From the NCBI GenBank assembly GCA_963662665.2, contig CAXXJS010000061.1, positions 1 through 64,000 on the forward strand: a stretch of 64,000 nucleotides of DNA. Direction: 5' to 3'. The notes under the pieces were generated by a model that ran no database searches, was not told the DNA's origin, and saw nothing but the letters and a program-made list of their open reading frames with translations. The translations under genes were made by a program, and so were the position numbers. The stretch's first letter is position 1. Each line of letters begins with the position of its first letter. Source of the DNA: Candidatus Latescibacterota bacterium (GTDB taxonomy: Bacteria; Latescibacterota; UBA2968; GCA-2709665). Below, in pieces: positions 38,889 through 48,853 of this stretch.

Positions 38889-39968
38889 TTGGGGTCATCA
38901 CGGTTATGCGAAAGTGAGTTCGGCGTGTTTAGAGCGGATCTCTTCCAGGCGCACCTGGAAAACTGGGAACTCATTCTGCAGGAGCGAACCGTTGAAGCCA
39001 TCGAACGGATCGCGTCTGTTCCTGGCGTTGGGGGTGTGATTCTTGGGGGTAGCATTGGGCGAGGAATGGCGTGGCCCATATCAGATATAGACCTCATCTA
39101 CATTACTACCAGGGCGGCGGACAACAGTCTTCCAAAGGCAGTGGACGAACTTGCGTTGTCCATCACAAGGGAGTGGGCTCGGGACACGTGGCCGACGTCT
39201 GTTGACGCAGGCCGACTCCATTTTACAGCCGATGAGGCGGACGACTTGATCAATGGCAAGCGTCACTTGGACAAGCTGATGGCCAATGAGAGGATTTTCC
39301 ATGCGACCGACAAAAGCCACCTCGGTCAATCAGTTCACGCGTCTGAGGATTGCGATACTCCTGCATTTGTTGCGCTACTTTCCGATGGTCGATTTGACCC
39401 ATCGGTTGTCCGGGCACGCCAAATCGAGCGAGTCAGACGTGTAACAAGGCTCGCCCATCGAGTGAAGTCACATCTGCAGGCAGGTCGTCTGAATGCAGCA
39501 GGGATCTCTATACAGGAACTCGCGCGTGTTATAATCCCATATCTGAAGGAAAGTTGGGGGCATGGAGATCGGTCCTTTGGGAGGGTTTTCACTCGCTTTT
39601 GCGTTCTGGCTCAGGAGCACCTGGAAGAAGGAATTGCGAATCGTCTCATTCGTCTGTTCTCTCTTACGGCGGATGAGGTAGAAGCACGGTACGCGAAGGC
39701 TCCAGCTAATGTTGTGGAGCGGCACATCACATCGTATCCATCCCGCCTGGCCGCGGGCGAGGAGGTCACGGAGCTCGATGACAAACGCGATGTCCTGTAT
39801 GCCTATACGTGGTATGCAGTTCGTTCTGGTGAAACTGGTTCGTGGCTCCTCAATGAGGACCTGCACAAGTCTCAACTCAAGTTGTCATTGGATCAAACAG
39901 CATCCATATGGGCCGAGGTGGTCTCGAAGGAGCCGGATTGCGTATCCAGCGAACTCACCTTCGCATAA
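38889..39968 (+). CDS. Nucleotidyltransferase-domain protein (start uncertain, probably downstream of 38903)
   Basis: LGGSIGRG...SDIDL; GTTATGCGAA (38903) matches TTCGCATAAC (39960). Confidence 0.7.
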   Translation: MGSSRLCESEFGVFRADLFQAHLENWELILQERTVEAIERIASVPGVGGVILGGSIGRGMAWPISDIDLIYITTRAADNSLPKAVDELALSITREWARDTWPTSVDAGRLHFTADEADDLINGKRHLDKLMANERIFHATDKSHLGQSVHASEDCDTPAFVALLSDGRFDPSVVRARQIERVRRVTRLAHRVKSHLQAGRLNAAGISIQELARVIIPYLKESWGHGDRSFGRVFTRFCVLAQEHLEEGIANRLIRLFSLTADEVEARYAKAPANVVERHITSYPSRLAAGEEVTELDDKRDVLYAYTWYAVRSGETGSWLLNEDLHKSQLKLSLDQTASIWAEVVSKEPDCVSSELTFA

Positions 39969-40098
39969 CACGAGCACCCACGGCTCCAGCCATCCGACCT
40001 CCGCCCAACCTGGCTTCGCCGCCCTTCTGGCGCCCCGGCCCCTGGCAACCGGCTTCGCAGGTTCGCAAATCGTGAGACCTTGGCGGACGTCGTTTAGG
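39963..40098 (+). repeat. attC site
   Basis: GCATAAC overlapping the stop codon; family GGTTCG motif; R' GTTTAGG degenerate. Confidence 0.6.
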
Positions 40099-40115
40099 CG
40101 CAGAATGCGAACTGT

Positions 40116-40724
40116 ATGACGACGCCAGAGATTCCCTTCAGCCATTGGCAACCGTTGTCAGTCCGGGAATTGACGCAATTGTTCGCTGGCGCCCCTTTCC
40201 TGTGGGGACTCGCGGGTGGCTATGCGGTTGAACAGTTCGCGGGAAGGCGCGTCCGAGACCACGATGATATTGACGTTATCGTGTTCCGGGATCAACAACT
40301 CGACGTACAGCGATGGCTCTCAAATTGGCATCTTTACGCGGCAGATCCAGCTGGCTCATTGCGACCATGGGCGGAATCAGAGTACTTGCCTTACGGGATA
40401 TTTGACATATGGGGCCATACCGGCGTACGGGTATGGCAGCTTCAGATTATGTTAACTGAAAGCGAACGCGACAGGTGGTTCAGCAAGCGCAGCAGACTGA
40501 TAGGCGGGCAACGAGAAGATTTGATCGTTGCATATAGAGGTGTTCCCTGCATTCGGATTGAGGTTCAATTGCTTTACAAAGCAAAGAATCCTCGTTCGAA
40601 AGATGACCTGGACCTTGAAACGTGCCTGCCGCTGATGTCCGCCGAGGCAAAGAGATGGTTGGGGACCGGGTTGGAAGTTCTGTATCCTGAAGGTCATCGC
40701 TGGCAAAGTCTTCTGTCGAAATAG
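40116..40724 (+). CDS. Aminoglycoside 2''-adenylyltransferase-like nucleotidyltransferase
   Basis: LAGGYAV...RDHDDID, QLLYKAK...KDDLD. Confidence 0.75.
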   Translation: MTTPEIPFSHWQPLSVRELTQLFAGAPFLWGLAGGYAVEQFAGRRVRDHDDIDVIVFRDQQLDVQRWLSNWHLYAADPAGSLRPWAESEYLPYGIFDIWGHTGVRVWQLQIMLTESERDRWFSKRSRLIGGQREDLIVAYRGVPCIRIEVQLLYKAKNPRSKDDLDLETCLPLMSAEAKRWLGTGLEVLYPEGHRWQSLLSK

Positions 40725-40903
40725 TGGTCTGTATAGTCAGGCACGACCGAGATGCGCGCCAAAAGTACGTTTTGTGCAAAGGCGTATACGCTCCTTGGCC
40801 TATAATAATTCCTTCGGCGGTTCGGTAAGCGGCAGATGTTATGTGCAGTTGCAGTCCCGGAGCGACGCCTCCCTGCGCCCTGACCCAAATCCTGGGAATC
40901 CTG

Positions 40904-41677
40904 ATGCCCCGCCCTGATCTCAAAACCACTTTCAATACCGTTGCCTCGCTCTACGACGAAGTGAGGCCCGGATACCCTGATAAGCTTGTCAGGGATGTCC
41001 TGGATTTCTCAGGTATCGATAAAAGCGGGAAAATCCTGGAAGTAGGATGTGGAACCGGACAGGCTTCAAGATTATTCGCCGCCCACGGATGCGAGATGAC
41101 CTGTCTGGATATTGGCCCAGATCTGATCGAGGTCGCGAAGGTCCGACTCAACCACTACAGGAACGTTCGCTTCACCCTGTGTCCTTTCGAAGATTGGGAC
41201 TCGGCTTGCAAGTTTGACCTTGTAATCTCCGCGACTGCATTCCGCTGGGTGAGTCCGGGAGTCAGATTCATTAAAGCCCGTGACACCCTGAAGGCCAGGG
41301 GATCATTGGCTATCTTCTCCAACCAACACGTGAGAAAACTCGAGGGTTTCTTTGCGGAAGTCCAGGAAGTATACAACAAGCATTATGTCGTGTCAGATTC
41401 CCCTCGGGATCCCGGTACTCCGACGACATCAGAGTCACCGGAACCCGGAACTTCCGCTTTTGCCGATCCTATCCACCGAGTGTACGCGTGGACAGCGAGC
41501 TATTCAGCGGAACAGTACATCAAACTCATTGGCACCTATTCCGACCACGTCGCGCTGCCCGAATTCAATCGCACGCACCTTTTTGATGGTATCGCTGACC
41601 TCATAAACAAGAACTACGGAGGATCGATCACCAAGTACTACGAAACTGCTTTAGCATTTCGCAGAAAGAAAGCGTGA
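40904..41677 (+). CDS. Class I SAM methyltransferase
   Basis: YDEVRPGYP, LEVGCGTG, FDLVISATAF. Confidence 0.9.
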   Translation: MPRPDLKTTFNTVASLYDEVRPGYPDKLVRDVLDFSGIDKSGKILEVGCGTGQASRLFAAHGCEMTCLDIGPDLIEVAKVRLNHYRNVRFTLCPFEDWDSACKFDLVISATAFRWVSPGVRFIKARDTLKARGSLAIFSNQHVRKLEGFFAEVQEVYNKHYVVSDSPRDPGTPTTSESPEPGTSAFADPIHRVYAWTASYSAEQYIKLIGTYSDHVALPEFNRTHLFDGIADLINKNYGGSITKYYETALAFRRKKA

Positions 41678-41872
41678 TTGAAGTTTAAAGTATCAACCCG
41701 GTTCCGGCCTTGCCGTGCGTGCAAGGCCGGCGATTGACCGGGACTGCAACAACACGAAATACGACGGTCTGCGGCTCCGGTACGATTGCGCCTCCAATCC
41801 AACTCGCCTACGTCAAGCTCCAGCCCGATCGTACATTATCGGAAATAGACTCATTCGAGGGAGTCTCCAACG

Positions 41873-42640
41873 TTGAGCGAAGACGTCAGACGATTTTACG
41901 ATGCCCTGGCAGCCGATTACCATCACGTTTACGCAGACTGGGAATCGGCAATCAAACGGCAGTCGTGTGTACTGGATCGGTTGATTCAATGTGAATCGTC
42001 AGTAGATGCATCGCTTGTCCTGGACTGTACATGTGGAATAGGCACCCAGGCAATTGGCCTGGCGCGGCGAGGATACGAAGTCTTCGCGTCCGATCTTAGC
42101 CCGAAGGCGATTGCCAGGGCGAAATCAGAAGCAGATAACCGGGGACTGAAGATTGATTTCGCCGTTGCCGATGTTCGTGAGGTGGAATGTGCCTTCTCCC
42201 ACACATTTGACGTCGCGATCAGTTGTGATAACTCTCTACCGCATCTTTTGACTGACGAAGACTTGACTCTCGCTCTCCGAAGCATTCGGCGCACACTTGC
42301 CGGTAATGGACTGTTTATTGCCAGTATTCGCGATTACGATCGGCTGCTTGCGGAAAGACCGTCGTTTATGGGTGGGAACGTCCAGGGTGTACCGGAGCGC
42401 GAGGTCATAACGTTTCAGATCTGGGACTGGTCGAAGGAATCAGATACCTATTTGATTCGGCTCTTCATAATGAACCAGAAACCGGGTGGATGGCAAGTAC
42501 GGGAGGTCAGGACTCGCTACCGGGCAATTCGGCGCAAAGAGCTCACTCTGGCTCTGGAGTCAGCCGGGTTTGCGAAAATTGCCTGGCATACACCTGAGCA
42601 GTTGGGTTATTTTCAACCCGTTGTGACGGCGCGTGCTTAA
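41873..42640 (+). CDS. Class I SAM methyltransferase (glycine/sarcosine N-methyltransferase-like)
   Basis: LDCTCGIGTQ, CDNSLPHL, SIRDYD. Confidence 0.88.
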   Translation: MSEDVRRFYDALAADYHHVYADWESAIKRQSCVLDRLIQCESSVDASLVLDCTCGIGTQAIGLARRGYEVFASDLSPKAIARAKSEADNRGLKIDFAVADVREVECAFSHTFDVAISCDNSLPHLLTDEDLTLALRSIRRTLAGNGLFIASIRDYDRLLAERPSFMGGNVQGVPEREVITFQIWDWSKESDTYLIRLFIMNQKPGGWQVREVRTRYRAIRRKELTLALESAGFAKIAWHTPEQLGYFQPVVTARA

Positions 42641-42831
42641 CCTTGATTGGTTGTTTTTCCGGGACGTAAAATCGAATTTAGGCAAGTGGATAAAGGCGAT
42701 TTGACTTCTGGTTACCGGGATACACCAGGTTACTGGACGTGAACTGAAAACACGTCCTTTTTGACGACCGTTACGCCGCGTTTCATGGGTTTTCGTCGCG
42801 TCGCCGCGTTGCTGTTTTTTTCGGACTGGGG
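42641..42831 (-). mobile_element. ~190-bp MITE-like element, copy 4
   Basis: Reverse-complement homolog; flanks TTAA/TTTA; directly after the stop codon. Confidence 0.75.
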
Positions 42832-42848
42832 TTTATTGAGTCTGCTTC

Positions 42849-42939
42849 CGATAACAGCACGTTTTGCGCTGCGGCGCTGATCGCGCCCTGGCCTACGGCA
42901 ACCGCTTCGCAGTTCGCGCACGGCGGCAAGACGTTAGAT
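42849..42939 (+). repeat. attC site
   Basis: CGATAAC...GTTAGAT; shares AACAGCACGTTTTGCGCTG with attC 26943; TTCCGATAAC matches ATTATCGGAA (41835) with one mismatch. Confidence 0.75.
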
Positions 42940-43043
42940 GAAATGGGAAACGTAAAATCAGACTATTGCAGAATAACTCCAGATAGCGGGAGATGTTCTG
43001 CATATTTATCGCTCAGTCACTGGTTGGCCGCAGAGAATACCGG

Positions 43044-43508
43044 ATGACCAGGAAGATTCCCGAATGTGAATTCCACGATCCAGGACACCTGGTCGACGGA
43101 GATCTTGAGCTTGTCCTCACCGAGGCGCTTCCGTCCGATTCTGAGAAGGGACGGGTGCCCGAGTACCGTTTCGAGATGCGGCTCATTGTCAGCAAAGCGA
43201 CGATCGGCAGCATCCGCCTCAGGACCCGGTTGACGGAAAGGCTCGAACAGTATGGAGGAAATCTGAGCTACGATGTTCAGGAGGAATACCGTGGGAACAG
43301 ATATGCTGCCCGCAGTTGCCGCCTCCTGTTCCCCCTTGCTCGCAGCCATGGATTGGACTCGCTGTTGATCACTTGCCGTTCCGATAACGACGCATCCAGG
43401 AGGACCTGTGAGCTGATCGGGGCGACATACGTCGACACCATCGAAACCGAACGGGAGCCAGGAGAATTCGGGCCAACGTGCCGGTACAGACTGGACCTGG
43501 ACACATAA
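43044..43508 (+). CDS. GNAT family N-acetyltransferase
   Basis: GGNLSYDV...YRGNRYA, ITCRSDNDASRR. Confidence 0.85.
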   Translation: MTRKIPECEFHDPGHLVDGDLELVLTEALPSDSEKGRVPEYRFEMRLIVSKATIGSIRLRTRLTERLEQYGGNLSYDVQEEYRGNRYAARSCRLLFPLARSHGLDSLLITCRSDNDASRRTCELIGATYVDTIETEREPGEFGPTCRYRLDLDT

Positions 43509-43518
43509 AGGTCGTCTC

Positions 43519-43728
43519 ATGAAGCATATTATCGTAGCCAGAGAAGAAGGCCGATTCCTGGGATGGCCGGCCAACGACGGGGTATGGAGCTGGGCGGACG
43601 AGATCGTCGTTGGCTATACGAACGGCGGCAACGAGTGCCTGTTCTTCCTGTCGGTGCGGGTCCCACAGGTGATGGCGGGGTTCCTGATGGACAGCGTAGA
43701 GGTCGGCTACTATGTGCATATCGGCTGA
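43519..43728 (+). pseudogene. N-terminal fragment of a sialidase/BNR-like protein
   Basis: GRFLGWPANDGVWSWADEIVVGY, then unrelated sequence. Confidence 0.45.
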
Positions 43729-45157
43729 ATTTAAGCGGGCAGTAGAAGCAGCCGTGAAGGCCATCCACGCCAACGATAGGGCTGGTCTAAACAGCCTCGT
43801 CGCGGAGTACCCCGGTCTGCTCGCGTGGTCCAATCCGGACGACGAGCGTCCCGTTCTGCTCTACGCCACCGTCTCCTATGCCAACTTTCCCGGCACCGGG
43901 GATGAAGACGTCTTCAACCGGCCCGACTGTGCGCGCCTGCTGCTCGATGCTGGCGCGGTAATGCACCCCCGGGTCTACTTGAGGGCGATCGACACCGGCG
44001 CACACGGCATGCTGGCGCTGTTTGACGAATACGGCGTACTGCCGGAAAACCTGCGTACGTTGACCGCGAGGGGCGATCTCGACAGGGTGCGGGGATGTTT
44101 CGACCCTGCCGGCGCCCTGCGCAACGTTGGACGCCCGGACGCGGAACTGCGCATCGGGTACACCGGCGCCGAGGCGGACTGGCCCGATCCCGCGGATGAA
44201 CAGTTGATCATTGCCGACGCGTTTCTGTACGCCTGCCGGCTGGGCCGTCGCGACGTCGCGCATTTTCTGATGGATCGTTGCCTTCAACTGGACGAAGATC
44301 TCCGGACCCGTGTGGACGCGTTGCAGGGAAAAACGGCCTTTACCGAGTACCTGCTGGAGAAGCGGCCGGAGGGGGGAAGACAGGTGCGCTCGTACCGGGA
44401 GGCGGACGACGATCCCGGTCTGATCTGGCGTCGTGCCGTGGAACTGCGCCTGCTCGCCGCCCTGGACGATGGAGACGGGGATTCCATCCGCGATCTGCTC
44501 GCCACCGAAAGCTTTCTTCTTGGACCCCGCTATCTCGAGACCCAGGAAATGTTGCTTGCGGTAGCGGCCTGCTCCAGGGGAAAACTGCCGGTGATCGAAG
44601 CCGTGATCACCGCCGGCGCCGCCATCACCACGGTGGTTGAGCCGCCGGCGTCTGGCGCCGTCCTCTATGCTCTCGAATACGGAAATGCCGACTACGTTCC
44701 GGCCTTGTCGCAAATCTGGCCCGTGCCCGACGATCTGCCCCACGCTGCCGGTCTGGGCGACATGGAAGCAGTCGAAAAGAGGTTCGCGAAGGGGATTCCG
44801 CAATTGGGCGATCCTACCTTGTATGCCTGCGCACCCGGGGAATCGCCATTGGCCAGCGTTCAGGAGATTGTCGACAGGGCTTTGGCCTGGGCGGTGCAGA
44901 ACGGGAACTACCAGATCGCGGACTATCTCCTGGACCACGGAGCCAATATCAACACGAGATGGAGCACTCACGAGCCGGCCAGCATCCTGCACGAATGCGC
45001 CTTCGCCGGCCGCATGGAACAGGTGGTTTATCTCGTTCGCAAAGGGATCGACGTGACTCTCAGGGATCATCGACACGATGCCACCCCGGAAGACTGGGCA
45101 CGGCACGCGGGTCAAAAAGAAGTCGCCGAATATCTTGCGGGATTGAAGGGCAGGTGA
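43712..45157 (+). CDS. Ankyrin repeat protein (possibly N-terminally truncated)
   Basis: LLDAGA, ALAWAVQNG, LLDHGANIN, ILHECAFAG. Confidence 0.8.
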   Translation: MCISAEFKRAVEAAVKAIHANDRAGLNSLVAEYPGLLAWSNPDDERPVLLYATVSYANFPGTGDEDVFNRPDCARLLLDAGAVMHPRVYLRAIDTGAHGMLALFDEYGVLPENLRTLTARGDLDRVRGCFDPAGALRNVGRPDAELRIGYTGAEADWPDPADEQLIIADAFLYACRLGRRDVAHFLMDRCLQLDEDLRTRVDALQGKTAFTEYLLEKRPEGGRQVRSYREADDDPGLIWRRAVELRLLAALDDGDGDSIRDLLATESFLLGPRYLETQEMLLAVAACSRGKLPVIEAVITAGAAITTVVEPPASGAVLYALEYGNADYVPALSQIWPVPDDLPHAAGLGDMEAVEKRFAKGIPQLGDPTLYACAPGESPLASVQEIVDRALAWAVQNGNYQIADYLLDHGANINTRWSTHEPASILHECAFAGRMEQVVYLVRKGIDVTLRDHRHDATPEDWARHAGQKEVAEYLAGLKGR

Positions 45158-45311
45158 TCCGCGGTTCCGTTTGCGCTATCTGACAAGCTCATCCGGCGGA
45201 TCGTAGAGAATCCCGGCTGTTTCGACCGGCCGTGACGGAGGTGAAGCTGAGCCTGTGCCGATCACTTGCGCCGGCATGGGGAAATAACCTTCAGGTTGGG
45301 CAATTCTGCAT

Positions 45312-45512
45312 ACGGATATCGCAAGAACCCAAAGGCACCTTGATGTAATAATGAATGAGAATGAAGCAGGATTCAACTAAGGACGGTAGCTGATGAATAG
45401 CATGCCTGAACATCTTCGGCTACAAGCTCCATCGTAACACACTCTCGAACGTTCGCAGATCCTCCAACCAGATACGAATTACCGTTACTATTCGGTAATA
45501 CCGCAGTTAGGC
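45312..45512 (+). other. Diverged intI 3' tail plus attI-like region, copy 4
   Basis: TDIARTQRHLDVIMNENEAGFN* (stop 45380); closest to copy 3; CGAACGTTCG, ATTACCG-N8-CGGTAAT, GTTAGGC 45506. Confidence 0.72.
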
Positions 45513-45676
45513 GGCATTTCTGGGACTGCAACGGCTGAAGCAGCCCTCGGAGCTGAAACACCTGCAATGAGCTGCCAGGTCAAAACCACACCTGACCCGG
45601 ACACAGTTCCAGGTCCTGCGGCACAAGAGAGAGTCGGTACTCCACCGATGGTGACGGTGCTTTTGTGGAGGTCGGA

Positions 45677-46636
45677 ATGGCCATACGAAGCTTCGACGAG
45701 CTAACTCACCAAGGACGAATCCGTCGGTTACGCAAGGTGGCAGAGGCCGCGCTCCGCGAACTGGGTTTCGGAAAATGCCGTTGTCGCAAGTTGAAGTGGA
45801 CCTGCGATTCAGGCGAGTATCGAGTGCGGATTCACCGTGACAAGAAGGCGCCCCAGATAATTGAATCGGAATTGGATTGGCTGGAGGCTCTATGCCACGA
45901 TACCACACTCTCCGTTCCACAGCCCTATAGATCGCCTGACGGCAAAAGAGTTATCGTGGCAGATGTTCCAGGCGTACCCGGACCATTCCCAGTATCCGTT
46001 ACTTCTTGGCTCAACGGACGAATTCTGGATCAGGACCACCGATCGCCTCGACACTTCGAATTGCTTGGCCGCCTTGCGGGTGAGTTGCACAATCACTCTG
46101 AAGAGTGGTCGCCACCCACGGGTTTTGATCGCCCCACGTATGACGCTGAGGGACTTATTGGTTCCCGTTCGAAGTTTCCTTTAGATGAGATTGGACCGGC
46201 TCCTGTTCGCCGCGACCTGGAAACGGTCTATGGTCGGCTAACAGAAGCGGAACAACATATGGGCGGCGACACAGAGATGTTCGGCCTCATTCACGCAGAC
46301 CTCGGTTTCGGAAATGTCCTCTTTCGACCGGGTCACGCCATCGCGATTGATTTCGGCGACTGCGGATTCGGCTACTACTTGTATGACATCGCTGTTATCC
46401 TGGCCGGCCCCTACGGTCGACCCGGTTACCAAGAGAGGTCTGATGCGTTTTTGAAGGGGTATCGTGAAGTTCGTTCACTCAGCATGGATTTGGAACAGTA
46501 CATACCTACCCTAATGGCCAGTCGAGCAGCTGCGAATATCCTGGAAGCAGCCGCAAAGTCACCAGACCATTCCTTGATTGAGAGCCAATGGAGGTATCGT
46601 GTTCAACCGCTGTTGAGGACTGAGTTTCCGGGGTAG
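45677..46636 (+). CDS. APH/homoserine kinase type II-like phosphotransferase
   Basis: IHADLGFGNVL, IDFGDCG, YDIA. Confidence 0.85.
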   Translation: MAIRSFDELTHQGRIRRLRKVAEAALRELGFGKCRCRKLKWTCDSGEYRVRIHRDKKAPQIIESELDWLEALCHDTTLSVPQPYRSPDGKRVIVADVPGVPGPFPVSVTSWLNGRILDQDHRSPRHFELLGRLAGELHNHSEEWSPPTGFDRPTYDAEGLIGSRSKFPLDEIGPAPVRRDLETVYGRLTEAEQHMGGDTEMFGLIHADLGFGNVLFRPGHAIAIDFGDCGFGYYLYDIAVILAGPYGRPGYQERSDAFLKGYREVRSLSMDLEQYIPTLMASRAAANILEAAAKSPDHSLIESQWRYRVQPLLRTEFPG

Positions 46637-47085
46637 ATCAATGTATATCCGGGAGGATATGCTATGGCTTATTTCCCGTCACAACCCAGGCCTCTCCATT
46701 GGTCCATTCGACTGATTCAAAGCCCGCGTTGATCAGTAGCGTAGTGATGGTCTGCGTTTGTAATGGCAAGTTTACTTTGAATCGTCCAGCATCCGCTCCT
46801 TCCAGACGTACTGAGCTTCGCTCGAAGTTGCTCAGCTTACTTTCCTCTCCCTCGGGAAAAACGCAGTACGTCCCTTCGACATAGGTACCGCATGGCGGAG
46901 AAGTTCTTGAAGGACAGAGGAATCCCGCCAAGGTCGTCGATACGCATCACCCGGGCGGCAACTCCAGCTTTCACGACGGACTGTGGCGCGAGGATTTCGC
47001 CACTTCGCCATGTCTGCTGACGCAGGTTCGGGAGGACGTTACATAAGATAGGAAGAGAGAATCAACATAACGTGAGGAAGTAACG

Positions 47086-47982
47086 ATGAATTACCAGTTC
47101 AGGCTAAACTGCGGGCTCTTACGCTTATTTGACGAGTTTGATTCGGTTCCAGATGAGTTGGCGCCTGGCTTCGAATATGAACTCTCACATCCTGAGCTCG
47201 AACGTCTGCGCGAAGCATACGGATTTGATCAGGTTGCAGGAGGTGGAGACGACTGGTCCAGGGTCCTGAACTTGATGCAGTGGATGTCTGAAGGCGTATG
47301 CCACAGAGGCGACATAACCAAATCGCTGCCCGAAGTCTGCAAATCCCTGCCGATGAACGCTACGGGACTCTTGAGATATTCGTTCGGCAAGGGTGAAGAC
47401 TTCGGTATCAACTGCTACATGCTGTCTATCGTGCTGACGGAGGCCTGCCTGTCTCTGGGATTGCAGAGCAGAATCGTGTCTCTGAATCCCTTGAATCCGT
47501 ACGACTATGACAATCATGTGGTATCGGTGGTTTGGTGTACTTCTCGCTCGAACTGGGTGATGGTTGACCCTTCGTACAATGCGTATGTGTGCGACTCTGA
47601 CGGGATGATCCTGAATCCATGGGAGATCAGGGATCTCCTGTGCCGCCACAAGACGATTTTCTGCAACGACGAGCTGAGTCACAATGGAGCCATGTACAGC
47701 TCGCAAGACTATCTGACGTACCTGGCGAAGAACCTGCTCTACCTGCACTCCCCATGCTTCAACGGCTTCGGAAGCGTTACTTCAGGGAAGACGTGGCTCA
47801 CGCTGGCCCCGAAGCACCTGGACGTTTGCAAGCGTGAGACCTATAACATGAAGTGGCGTGAGGAGGCCGAGAGCGGGAACTGGGAGTACGAAGAACTTCG
47901 TAGCCGTCTCGAGAAGCGAAGGCTGGCGGGAGGCCACGCGTACACGTCATCTGTTGCGTCATTCGCGCAAGCCCCGAACTGA
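47086..47982 (+). CDS. Transglutaminase-like domain protein
   Basis: INCYM...NHVV...WVMVDPS Cys-His-Asp triad; GTTACAT at 47038 upstream. Confidence 0.75.
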   Translation: MNYQFRLNCGLLRLFDEFDSVPDELAPGFEYELSHPELERLREAYGFDQVAGGGDDWSRVLNLMQWMSEGVCHRGDITKSLPEVCKSLPMNATGLLRYSFGKGEDFGINCYMLSIVLTEACLSLGLQSRIVSLNPLNPYDYDNHVVSVVWCTSRSNWVMVDPSYNAYVCDSDGMILNPWEIRDLLCRHKTIFCNDELSHNGAMYSSQDYLTYLAKNLLYLHSPCFNGFGSVTSGKTWLTLAPKHLDVCKRETYNMKWREEAESGNWEYEELRSRLEKRRLAGGHAYTSSVASFAQAPN

Positions 47983-48035
47983 GCAAAACAGCGGAAGAGA
48001 ATTGACGTACGCGGAAACCACACACAATTCCACGA

Positions 48036-48302
48036 ATGTCAAATTCCGGGGCCTATGGCCGATGGTTCAAGAAACAGCTGGAACCTCACCTGTGGTCGGA
48101 GATCGAGGCGACTTTTGCTCGAGCAGACCTGGAAGAGAACTGGAAGGCTATGTTCAAGACAGCCGAAGTATTCGGGCGAATGGCTACCGAAGTTGGGGCT
48201 CATCTGGGCTTTGCCTATCCTCTTGAGCTTGATCGGAATGTCACCGAGTATCTTTTGGAGATTGCAAAGATAAGTGAGAATCCGGTCCGCGATACCCGCT
48301 GA
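48036..48302 (+). pseudogene. C-terminal fragment of an aminoglycoside 6-adenylyltransferase-like protein
   Basis: GRWFKKQL...ENWKAMF...LGFAYP; catalytic N-terminus absent. Confidence 0.6.
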
Positions 48303-48377
48303 CACGTCCGCGCCCGGCTTAGGACCTAGCCCTTCGTCGAGGCGTTGCGCGGTTCGGGCGCGCCGGGAATGTTAGAG
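48297..48377 (+). repeat. attC site
   Basis: CGCTGAC...CGCGCCCG/CGGGCGCG...GTTAGAG. Confidence 0.7.
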
Positions 48378-48489
48378 GCGATGCAAAGCAGGCCGCTAAA
48401 AAGCCGATCCTATGTGTCGAACCCAGGAATCTGAGTCGTGCACAGCACTTCAGTGGGATGGGTCTGCCCGTCCTGAGCTCTACTGCAAG

Positions 48490-48663
48490 GTATAGATGAT
48501 TCTGAATCGGTTGGGATACGAAACCGGGCCGGTTGACGGGGAACTGAGCCAGGCCGCACGGGAGGCATTGAGAAAATTCCAGGCGGATGCGGGATCGGAT
48601 CCCATGGGGGAGGTGACGATGCTGACCGCGATCGAATTGCGAAGTCTTTGGGCAGGGGAATAG
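48490..48663 (+). pseudogene. Diverged copy of the 3' end of the PG-binding gene (about 11591-11764)
   Basis: ILNRLGYETGPVDGELSQAAREALRKFQADAG...IELR; in-frame TAG at 48493. Confidence 0.75.
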
Positions 48664-48853
48664 CGTGGGAAACGCTTGCGCAGTCGGGATGCTGGGGCCG
48701 CTTAAGCGACCTGGACAGCGGCCCACAGAGTCAGTTGACAAGAGATCCGGGATCCTCTGAGTGTTTCCATTGAGGAAAACGGCACGCCCAACCCGGTGCG
48801 ATTCCAACACAGACTAACACACTGATGCGTTAATTGACATCTCCGAAAATCTC

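Noticed and set aside
43787-45115. Long antisense ORFs (also 62118-63353, 7757-8797, 31316-32296, 35644-36627)
   Set aside because: Shadows of motif-supported genes in GC-rich DNA.
46930-47044. attC before the transglutaminase-like gene
   Set aside because: R'-like GTTACAT and a GGTTCG motif are present, but there is no convincing R'' or left arm.
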